This document shows positions 1-7,900 of a DNA stretch of 64,000 nt, piece by piece (the stretch's first letter is position 1; each line of letters starts with the position of its first letter). Position numbers and translations under genes: made by a program. The notes under the pieces were generated by a model that was given only the letters and a program-made list of their open reading frames with translations, was not told where the DNA came from and made no database searches. Source of the stretch: Treponema sp. (GTDB lineage: Bacteria > Spirochaetota > Spirochaetia > Treponematales > Treponemataceae); contig NZ_JBJETK010000004.1 in NCBI RefSeq assembly GCF_051883275.1, forward strand, positions 13,270 through 77,269, in the 5' to 3' direction.

Positions 1-407
1 TCTGTAGAAGTATGCGTATTGCAATCTTTATACTCTTCTTTATGTTTTTCAACATAAGGTGAATAAATATCCTGAACAAGATCAACTTTTGTATGAATAG
101 TTGCCAGGCTTGCAGCATATCTGATTGCTTGAAATTCAAATGCTTCTTTTCTGTGTTCAATATCCTTTTTATCTCTTTTGATTTCTACAAGAACCAGATT
201 CCCATCATCATCAATGGCGGTAAGATCACTTCTTCCGTCTTCTTCATTTGTTACCTGCTGGCCGATAATAAGCATAGAATCTTCTTCATCACACAACATT
301 TCAATATTCTTTCGAAGTATTTCTTCTACATCTTTTTCAATCAACCCCAATTCCTTGAAAGAAGTCTGTTCTATCTTTGTTACATTGTTATTTTGTAAAA
401 TATACAT
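1..407 (-). CDS. NucS/EndoMS-like PD-(D/E)XK nuclease-domain protein (3' end runs off the window; not in the ORF track)
   Basis: Manual translation from ATG 407 (AGGAG RBS at 414-418): MYILQNNNVTKIEQTSFKELGLIEKDVEEILRKN...GQQVTNEEDGRSDLTAIDDDGNLVLVEIKRD...FEFQAIRYAA. The D-L-x-A-x-D...V-E-I-K and Q-x-x-x-Y motifs are typical of NucS-like nucleases. The frame is open to the window edge. Confidence 0.75.
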   Translation of the reverse strand, partial: MYILQNNNVTKIEQTSFKELGLIEKDVEEILRKNIEMLCDEEDSMLIIGQQVTNEEDGRSDLTAIDDDGNLVLVEIKRDKKDIEHRKEAFEFQAIRYAASLATIHTKVDLVQDIYSPYVEKHKEEYKDCNTHTST

Positions 408-422
408 TTGTTACTCCTGTTA

Positions 423-1478
423 TTAAACAATCTTTTTATTTTCTTGCAATTCGTTTTTATTTGAAATTATACCAAGAAAATCTAATAGTTTATATTCTTT
501 TTTATTTTTCCAATCACAAATAAATCCATCACATATGAAATCTAAATCTTTTTTAGGAAGTTTTCCAATTTTTAAAATGTACTTCACACTGCTATATAAA
601 CTAATCTCAGTGACTAAATAATTAGCCTCATTATAAAATATACAATAATGAGAAAAATCAGACATTTTTTCACAAATTGGATTATTTTGTCCCCCAAATT
701 GCACTAAGTGTTTTTCTTCAGATTTTCCAGTGACTATCCATTTTCTGAAATCATCAAATTCATTTTGCTGAACGAACTCTTCTCCTTTTAAAAATGCCAA
801 TACATTAAAAGCAATTTTTGCATAAACTCTGTGAGTATCATTATTCTCATATCCCGTATAATGTTGTGTTATTTTATTTATTTCAGAAATAAATCCAGAA
901 TCATTTTTTCTAAAATCAGATATAAATTTATTGATTACACATTTTAATTCATTTTTTTTAGGTCTGGTAAGATTATTTTTTGCAATATAAAAATGATTAT
1001 TGTAATATCCAATAATTAAATCTGTCTTGGGTATTATATTATTGTTTATATAGGTAAATTTTCCGTTAAACTTTTCCAATTCATTTATAAACTCTTTTTT
1101 ATTCATATTTAACTCACCGTGAATTTTCACATTTGTTTTTTTATCTTGTTTTAAAATATGAATTTGATTGATAATATTAGGTTGCCCCCTAAACGTATAT
1201 GAAAGTATAATATCACCATTTGTTTGTTTTCCAATAGTTACAGTTGGAGTTCTTGGTTTTTTTTTCTTTCCGTTTCTTGTACCTGGTCCTAATAACGCAC
1301 GATAAAGAGAAACTAAAGAACAATTCATGAAATTTATTTCTAATTTTGAGAACAAAGAATTAGCCTGATCTGATACAAGCCCTTTTGAAAGTTTTGTAAT
1401 TCCTCCGAGTCCTGCTGGGAAAATATGTTCTTTTTCTTTATAAGTTAATTCCGAGTTATTTTTTAAATATATACACAT
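423..1478 (-). CDS. HNH-type endonuclease-domain protein
   Basis: 351 aa. N-terminal MCIY...EHIFPAGLGG...VSDQANSLFS resembles the HNH_5-type motif (EHIxPxxLGG...CxxCN) with degenerate Cys positions. AT-rich. Confidence 0.65.
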   Translation of the reverse strand: MCIYLKNNSELTYKEKEHIFPAGLGGITKLSKGLVSDQANSLFSKLEINFMNCSLVSLYRALLGPGTRNGKKKKPRTPTVTIGKQTNGDIILSYTFRGQPNIINQIHILKQDKKTNVKIHGELNMNKKEFINELEKFNGKFTYINNNIIPKTDLIIGYYNNHFYIAKNNLTRPKKNELKCVINKFISDFRKNDSGFISEINKITQHYTGYENNDTHRVYAKIAFNVLAFLKGEEFVQQNEFDDFRKWIVTGKSEEKHLVQFGGQNNPICEKMSDFSHYCIFYNEANYLVTEISLYSSVKYILKIGKLPKKDLDFICDGFICDWKNKKEYKLLDFLGIISNKNELQENKKIV

Positions 1479-1483
1479 TCCTT

Positions 1484-1532
1484 TCTACCTTCCTCCCACA
1501 ATTTTGATTTCTTTGTCGGTGGCGGTGATTTG
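1484..1532 (-). repeat. Relic copy 3 of the Type IIG R-M gene 3' end, with an internal 45-bp deletion
   Basis: Reads QITATDKEIKIVGGR* versus QITATDKEINALVYKLYDLTAEEIAIVEGR* in the gene (4951-5044). The deletion joins two AAGAAAT microhomologies. Confidence 0.9.
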
Positions 1533-1537
1533 ATTTT

Positions 1538-1876
1538 TTATATTGCCAGTAAATCAGAAATTGCGGCAGAAATATTCAGCATTATGGCAGGGGATAGTTT
1601 TGATACTTTCTCTACAAGACAGGATTTATCAACTATTCCAATCTGTGGAGTAAGTGCAACAGAATCTTTTGAAAGTCCTGTATCAGATTTTTTTAGAAAA
1701 ATATTATCTTTATGTTCTGCAAGAAGAGTATTTGTTGTAAGGGGAACTACTACAGTTGTCATTATGCGGCTTGCATTGAAATTATCATTTTGAACGATAA
1801 CGGCAGGTCGTCTGCCTTGAGGCATACTGCCATAGGCAAGTCCAAAATCAACCCACCAGATTTCACCACGTGTCAT
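1538..1876 (-). CDS. mazF: MazF/PemK family mRNA interferase toxin
   Basis: MTRGEIWWVDFG...GRRPAVIVQND...VVVPLTT is the canonical PemK/MazF signature; 112 aa. Confidence 0.95.
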   Translation of the reverse strand: MTRGEIWWVDFGLAYGSMPQGRRPAVIVQNDNFNASRIMTTVVVPLTTNTLLAEHKDNIFLKKSDTGLSKDSVALTPQIGIVDKSCLVEKVSKLSPAIMLNISAAISDLLAI

Positions 1877-2117
1877 TCTTTACAGCCTCCCACATGGTAC
1901 GCATAGAAGAATGTGCGGCTGCAAGCTGTTCCTCCTGAGGAATTTTGTCATACACTGCGTTAATGCGGTCAACTTCTGCCTGATTTATATTAGAGCCATT
2001 TTGAACAGAACGTTTTTTTGCAAGCAGCAACTGAACTTTTTCGTAGATTCCTTCAAGAGATGGAATGTCAAGTTTATCGAGTTCAGAATTAAAATAGGCA
2101 TAAGCAAAATCACTCAT
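1863..2117 (-). CDS. Putative antitoxin of the MazF toxin
   Basis: 84 aa ORF directly upstream of mazF and overlapping its start, with a GGAGG RBS. The call is positional; no antitoxin fold was recognised. Confidence 0.7.
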   Translation of the reverse strand: MSDFAYAYFNSELDKLDIPSLEGIYEKVQLLLAKKRSVQNGSNINQAEVDRINAVYDKIPQEEQLAAAHSSMRTMWEAVKNDTW

Positions 2118-2180
2118 ACGGCTACCTCCATAACTTAAAATATATCACAATTTGATTGAAAAATCATCTGTTTTTCCCTT

Positions 2181-2288
2181 TCTACCTCCCTTCCACGACT
2201 TTGATTTCTTCTTCGGTCAAATCGTAGAGTTTGTACACTAAGGCGTTTATTTCTTTGTCGGTGGCGGTGATTTGCTGGAGCAGGTGTT
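2181..2288 (-). repeat. Relic copy 2 of the Type IIG R-M gene 3' end
   Basis: 2181-2274 matches 4951-5044 at 89/94 nt (QITATDKEINALVYKLYDLTEEEIKVVEGR*). 2275-2288 matches 5057-5070 at 12/14 after a 12-bp gap. Confidence 0.95.
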
Positions 2289-2322
2289 ATATACACCACG
2301 ATATTTATCGGCGCGAGTTTTA

Positions 2323-2460
2323 AAAAAACAACTTTTTCTGTATATAGTAAAAAATTGGCGCGAGTTTTGAAAAAACTCGGTAGCAAAGAGAATCTTTGCG
2401 GAGTTATCTCCCGAAACTCAATCGGCTTACGCCGAAATTTGAACTTTGGGAGGCTGGCAT
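2323..2460 (+). repeat. Duplicate of the promoter/leader region of the type I toxin (partner copy 3337-3515)
   Basis: 2323-2376 matches 3337-3390 (one mismatch) and 2403-2460 matches 3458-3515. This copy stops at GGCAT, inside the toxin ATG. Confidence 0.9.
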
Positions 2461-2463
2461 TTT

Positions 2464-3051
2464 TTAACCATTGGTAAAAAGACAGTATTCACTGCATTTT
2501 TCTTCAAGGAGTTTGAAATCACAACAAAAAGGAATAATACGTCCTGTTTTCATCTGCTTTTCATACAATCTACCGGCTTTTTGAATAATCAAATTCAATA
2601 TTTTTAAACAAAAAACAAATTCTTTATTCATAAGGTTTTTATAGTTTCGAGTTTCTTCTGAATCTGACTCTGAATGAATTAAATCTACTTTTGTATATAA
2701 TCCATCTTTTATAGGTATCATCTTTTTTAAGTCTATGATAGACAGCAGATGTTCAATTGTTCCATCAGACATTTCTTTGCAAACGGCTTTTCCAGAAACA
2801 GCAGATTTATCATATTTTTCATATATTAAAAAACGATCTGCTTCTATATTTTTCCAAGTCTTGTGTTTTTCCTTTGCGGATGAAAGAGGAATCACATATT
2901 GAATATTTTCCGAATTTAATAAAATACCAAGATACGGCTTATTATCATATCCAATCGATTTGTAATAGACTTCGGAACAAAATTCATGCAGGTATTTTAA
3001 GTAATCTTGATTTATATTTATGAAAGTGAGCTTGTCTTTTAAGGAAAACAT
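2464..3051 (-). CDS. toxN: Type III toxin-antitoxin toxin, ToxN/AbiQ family endoribonuclease
   Basis: L-x-F-x-x-I-x-x-DYLKYL...KPYLGILL...YVIPLSSAKEKHKTWKN...IIDLKKMIPI motif order fits ToxN/AbiQ. A promoter, short RNA and terminator lie upstream. Confidence 0.88.
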   Translation of the reverse strand: MFSLKDKLTFININQDYLKYLHEFCSEVYYKSIGYDNKPYLGILLNSENIQYVIPLSSAKEKHKTWKNIEADRFLIYEKYDKSAVSGKAVCKEMSDGTIEHLLSIIDLKKMIPIKDGLYTKVDLIHSESDSEETRNYKNLMNKEFVFCLKILNLIIQKAGRLYEKQMKTGRIIPFCCDFKLLEEKCSEYCLFTNG

Positions 3052-3062
3052 ATTACCGCCTG

Positions 3063-3097
3063 AAAAAAAATAAGGCCGCCTGAAACAACAGACGACC
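3063..3097 (-). terminator. Intrinsic terminator between the antitoxin RNA and toxN
   Basis: Minus strand GGTCGTCTG-ttgttt-CAGGCGGCC (9-bp stem with G-U pairs) followed by TTATTTTTTTT. Confidence 0.85.
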
Positions 3098-3155
3098 CTT
3101 CTTAAAGTTCATCTCTTTACGGATTCAAACCGCAGGTTAATGGAGACCTTCTGAA
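3063..3155 (-). ncRNA. Putative type III antitoxin RNA (ToxI-like), about 1.2 repeats of ~50 nt
   Basis: Lies between a TTGACC-17-TATATT promoter and the terminator. A partial repeat TTTCAGAAGGT / TTTAAGAAGGG is spaced 50 nt apart. Confidence 0.6.
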
Positions 3156-3159
3156 ATTA

Positions 3160-3188
3160 AATATAATGCAGAATATGAGTAAGGTCAA
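3160..3188 (-). promoter_or_regulatory. Sigma70-type promoter of the toxI-toxN unit
   Basis: TTGACC (3183-3188), 17 nt spacer, TATATT (3160-3165). Confidence 0.7.
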
Positions 3189-3240
3189 TATTTCGGGCGG
3201 CTTTTTGCTACATTCCACATTCGTTCCATTCCGCAAAAAA

Positions 3241-3321
3241 CAGGCTATTCGGGGTTCCGCTATCGCTTCATTCCTGCGCTGCGCTTCGGAACGGCTTCGC
3301 CGCCCCTACTATCCTTGCCGC
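3241..3321 (-). repeat. GC-rich REP/MITE-like dispersed element (homolog of 12911-13023)
   Basis: Its reverse complement GCGGCAAGGATAGTAGGGGCG...GAATGAAGCGATAGCGGAACCCCGAATAGCCTG aligns with GCGTTAGGGATTGTAGGAGCG...GAATGGAGCGATTAGCGGAACTCCGAAAAGCCCG. Confidence 0.75.
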
Positions 3322-3513
3322 AGGTACAATTTACTCAAAAAACACCTTTTTCTGTATATAGTAAAAAATTGGCGCGAGTTTTGAAAAAACGACTTTTCTA
3401 TATACACTATACTGTTTTATTGCTATACTATACTCATTGGAAATGCCTGAACAGGCGGTTATCTCCCGAAACTCAATCAGCTATTGCTGAAATTTGAACT
3501 TTGGGAGGCTGGC

Positions 3514-3615
3514 ATGACTTTAGAATATGTCTTGGTTGCTGTTGCAATTATCAGTTGCATCGCATCTGTCATAGGAACAGTTTATGCAGCTCTCACTTAC
3601 CATAAAAAGAAGTAG
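3514..3615 (+). CDS. 33-aa hydrophobic peptide, putative type I (holin-like/Fst-like) toxin; not in the ORF track
   Basis: MTLEYVLVAVAIISCIASVIGTVYAALTYHKKK*: one TM helix plus a Lys tail. GGGAGG RBS at 3503-3508 is paired with CTCCC (3463-3467) in a leader hairpin. Extended -10 TGCTATACT at 3421-3429. Confidence 0.75.
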   Translation: MTLEYVLVAVAIISCIASVIGTVYAALTYHKKK

Positions 3616-3618
3616 AGT

Positions 3619-3707
3619 AAAAAAATAGCCGCCAAAACTAAGTTTTCGAAGCTTTTTGGCGACTAATTCGCATAAGTGGAGATAACCCAAGTTCGGGCAT
3701 TTCCTTT
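3619..3707 (-). ncRNA. Putative antisense antitoxin RNA of the type I system
   Basis: Convergent promoter TTGACG(3737-3742)-17-TATCTT(3714-3719). Hairpin 3626-3665 is followed by a T run on the minus strand. Confidence 0.6.
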
Positions 3708-3762
3708 CTTTTTAAGATAGCACAGTTTTGAGATTTCGTCAAATTTGGAAAAGCAAAAACTA

Positions 3763-4029
3763 TTATTCAATATCAACACAAAAAATTGCAACCTTATTTA
3801 ACATTTGCATTGCATTTGATTCTAGTTCATTATGATATCTTCCTGAAGCATTATCCACACAATTAACCATTTCTAAATAGACGTTTCTATTATATCCAAA
3901 ATCTATCTTACTTGCCAAAAATCTTAATTTATTAATATATTTCCTGGCATTGTCTTTTGATGATACTGATAAAGCACAGTCAACCAGATTCTCAATTTCT
4001 TTAAATTCTTCTTTTGTAAACTTATTCAC
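3763..4029 (-). CDS. Hypothetical 88-aa helical protein
   Basis: ORF track; co-oriented with and 35 nt downstream of the RES-like gene; no motif recognised. Confidence 0.6.
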   Translation of the reverse strand: MNKFTKEEFKEIENLVDCALSVSSKDNARKYINKLRFLASKIDFGYNRNVYLEMVNCVDNASGRYHNELESNAMQMLNKVAIFCVDIE

Positions 4030-4064
4030 AATATTTCCTTGTAATCTCAGTAAAGTTTTATATA

Positions 4065-4946
4065 CTATTTTCTGAATTCAGTTTTAAGTTTAATCTCAGG
4101 AAAGTATAATCTTTGCTCCTCAGAACCACATTCATAAAACTTTGGTTTTGAATTTTCATCACCATCGCCTTTATAAAATCCACCAATATAAAAATTTTTT
4201 ACATTTGATTTATATTTGCAAACCCAAACTCCATATACCTTAAGATAATCATGAGCCTGCTTCTTTGTAAAACAAAAATTATAAAACCGAATATCTTTTG
4301 ATGATGGATATGCTATTGGAACTATCGGAAAAAGTTCCATAGTTCTTGCAATTGATTGAGTTAATTTATATAGATAATTCTTATTATCAGAAGTTAAATT
4401 CTTTCTAAGAATTCTAGATTGGAAATCCAAAATCAAATCATTATTTTTATGACTTTGACTATCATTATATTTAGGTTTTAACCCAACAGGTACATACTCA
4501 AAATCTTTAATTACTTCATAAACAATTATGAAAAATAAATCATCTCGTTTGATGCCACATTCCTTAATGCAAGTGGTATAATTTTCAGATGTATATAATA
4601 CTTGTTCATTTTCTATATTTATTCTTCCTGTTAAGCATTTTTCCAAAGGAGGTTCCCAAAAATATGATACATTTTGAATGTTTCTATAAAAGTAATCCTT
4701 TTCTTCAAATGTTTTTTTAGAATCTTTATTAAAAAAATTTACGACCCTATATAATTTTGTTTTTTGTGAACAAAGTAACTTTGGTATTAAAAAACTGCCT
4801 GCTTGAGAAAAAGATAAAGTTTTACAATACTCTGCACAAATTTCAGCTTCAGACATACTTTCAAAATCCAAGCATAAAAACTTATCAAGACGACTTTTTA
4901 TTTTTTCTGTTGGAATTTGCTCTAATCTTTCTTGAAATTTGTCCAT
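4065..4946 (-). CDS. RES-domain-like protein
   Basis: LYRVV...FWEPP..C.TGRINIENEQVLYTSE...TCIKE...IAYPSS gives the R/E/S motif order of the RES family. It starts 5 nt after the R-M stop. Confidence 0.7.
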   Translation of the reverse strand: MDKFQERLEQIPTEKIKSRLDKFLCLDFESMSEAEICAEYCKTLSFSQAGSFLIPKLLCSQKTKLYRVVNFFNKDSKKTFEEKDYFYRNIQNVSYFWEPPLEKCLTGRINIENEQVLYTSENYTTCIKECGIKRDDLFFIIVYEVIKDFEYVPVGLKPKYNDSQSHKNNDLILDFQSRILRKNLTSDNKNYLYKLTQSIARTMELFPIVPIAYPSSKDIRFYNFCFTKKQAHDYLKVYGVWVCKYKSNVKNFYIGGFYKGDGDENSKPKFYECGSEEQRLYFPEIKLKTEFRK

Positions 4947-4951
4947 ATCTT

Positions 4952-7900
4952 CTACCTCCCTTCCACGATTGCAATTTCTTCTGCGGTCAAATCGTAGAGT
5001 TTGTACACTAAGGCGTTTATTTCTTTGTCGGTGGCGGTGATTTGGGTTTGTAGTTCCTGGAGCTGGTTTTTTGTGTCTTCAAAAATTTCGAGCCATTCGA
5101 GTTTGGTTTTTGGGGTGACTTTCTGCTTGAGTTCTTTCATAAAACCGTCAAAGTCCAGGTCGTAGAAAGTTTCCAGTTTTGTACTGATTTTTTCCAGCGC
5201 AAATGTCTGTTTTACAACTTTTAGGAAGTTGCCGGATTTTTTCTGCAAGTTTTCGTTGAGTGCGAGCATTTTGTCTGTCAAATCATCTAATTCTTTATTG
5301 TTTTCAAAATCTGGTATCGGAATTTGTTCAAAGTATTGCGGTTTTACTTCGATGTAACCGCCGTTTCTAACTACACAAATAGACGTAAGGAACTTCCATA
5401 CTATTTTTGAATTTAGAATGCTGACTAAAGATTTGTTATCAGTTGGAAGCATACAGCAAGGGGCTGAAACAATAGTTTTTGTTTCATCGTAAGAGAATTT
5501 GTTACTGTTTTGCAGGTTTCCCCAAATTACTTTGTTTTTTTCAAATAATGATTGATAAGCACAATTCCTTAAATTATAAGGCGTTTTTCCCTTGTCATAT
5601 CTTTTTTCAAGTTTGTCATAAAATCCATTCAGATAGTTTTTAACTGCCTTATAATCATCTATGTTTATCACGTCAATATCATCATAACCGTTATGAACTG
5701 ATAAAATATATTTTTCGATTGGACGATTAATCCATTTGTTCAAATCTTTGCCCTCAAAAACTTTTTTTATCAATTCGGCAGATTTCGGATCTTCTTCTAT
5801 AAGCCTGTTTTTTGTCGCTTCGTCAATAAAAAACGCTTCATTTAATCCCGTTAAAACACCTCTATAACATTTTCCGTATTTTTCAGAAACAGTAGGAAAA
5901 GAAGTTATCTTATTCAGAATAGATTTTAATTCGTTACTTTCAAAAGACCAGCTTTCACTATTTAAATTGGCTTGAGAAACATTCACATCATTACAGGCAT
6001 TTATAACGATATTTCCATTCATTGAATTAGGAATTTTTTTGTAAATGAAAATGTTGCCTTCTTCAAATTTCTTTTTCAAAATCAAAATAATCGGGTAAGT
6101 TGTTGCACCAGAGAATATTTGAACTTCTGTAAAATCAACATATTTTTCAATAGTTGTTTTTGTCGCTATAAAATCCCTTAATGTTTTTCCCGAAGTGGTT
6201 TTATCAAAAGTATTTGAAATAAATCCAAAAATGCCGTTTTCATTCAACAGGCTTAAGCCTTTTTCATAAAAATATGAGAACAAATCACCGTCTGGATTAA
6301 ATACATTGAAATTGTTTTTATAAAAAGTTATGTCTTTTGACAATAAAAGTTCAGCCCTGACATACGGCGGATTTCCAATTACTACATCAAAACCGCCTTT
6401 TTCGAACACTTCGGGGAATTCTTTTTCCCAGACGAAGGCTTTTTCGCCGGCTACGGCGGGGTCGTCGATGAGGGAGTTTCCGCATTTTATTTTGTTGTTC
6501 AGGGTGGTGAGTTTGCGGTCTTTTTGGGCAGTGTGCAGCCACAGGCTCAGTTTTGTAATTTCTACGCTTTCTTCGTTGATGTCTACGCCGTAAAGGTTGT
6601 TTTCCAGAATAGAGTTATCAGAATATTCGGCAAACGCCATTGTGTCATTGTTGATTGTGCGCAGAAAATCAAAAACGCGCCGGTGCTCTGTCTTGAGCTG
6701 AGTGAGGGCGGCAGTAAGGAATGCTCCGCTTCCGCAGGCAGGGTCTAGAATTTTCAACGTAAAAAGCCATTCCTGATATTCGTTGAGGGCTTTGTTCAGC
6801 CTGTCCTTTTCCTTTTTTGTCAGGGCTTTTGAAATGGCTTCGTCGTTTATGTTCAGTTCGGCACGCTTTTGTTCGCAGAGTTTTCCGATGGTGTTTTCTA
6901 CAATATATTTTGTGATGTATTCCGGCGTGTAGAAAACTCCGTCTTTTTTGCGCTTTCCCACATTATTGTTTTCAACTTTTTCGCCTGATTTTTCCGCTTC
7001 GATTTCTTTTTGAATTTCCTCGATTTCGGTGAGCGAGTTTTCAAAAATGCGTCCGAGAATGTCTACGGAAATCTGACTTTCAAAATCGTAATCTGCCAGC
7101 CGTTTTGTATGAATAAAAAGAACGTCGTCGCCGATTTTCAGACTGTCAAGAATTTCGTCCTGTTTGAAAAGTCCGCCGTTGTAGGCAAAAATGTTTTTAG
7201 TGCTGTCACTTTCGCTTTTGTAGCCTTTGTCTATTCTGTCAAAATAAGTTTTAAAAACACTGTACAGTGGCTGAGCGTAACCCATTTCCTTTAATTTCTG
7301 ATAGTCGCCGATAATGCCCATTACGCTGTTTGCCGGCAAAAGTCCGCGGTCTTCGCAAAAGAGGATAAACAAAATCCTGTCCAGAAGTTTCTGCGTTTTT
7401 TTGAACAGTACGAGTTTGTCTATTTCCGGGTTGTTTTCTATCATATCTTCAAACAGAAGGCGCTTGAACGTTGAATAGTCCGCATAAAAATTGTCGGTAA
7501 TCTGTTTTTCTTCGCTCAAAGTTTCGTGCTTGATTTTTAGCGGAACGTCGTTTTTGAGCTGGGTCAGTTCCATAAGAAGATACAGAATGCAGAAGTCCTC
7601 ATAGTTCAGCGTGAAAAGGTTGAATTCTATAAATTCGATTTGCGTTTCCACATAAACACGAAGACGCTCGAAGTTGCAGACTATTACGTAGTTGCAGTTT
7701 TCGTGGTGGGATTTGTAGTCGAATGCCTGACGGGCAACTGTGTCAAGGTCGGTGGTGTCTGTGCCTTTAAGTTCGATTACGGCACGCACGGAATTTTCGT
7801 TGTTTTCTTCGCAGATTGCGCCGTCTGACTTTCGGGCATTGTTCTTGTTTTTGGTTTCGTTTTTGAGTTCGGTAAGAATGTTGTAATCCGGCTCCGGCTT

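Noticed and set aside
200-260. Apparent frameshift in the NucS-like gene
   Set aside because: Re-reading shows an uninterrupted frame (QQVTNEEDGRSDL).
2403-2460. 58-bp hairpin (also 3458-3515) as an attC site
   Set aside because: It lacks paired AAC/GTT R-boxes. It is better explained as an SD-sequestering leader, since the hairpin ends at GGGAGG just before an ATG.
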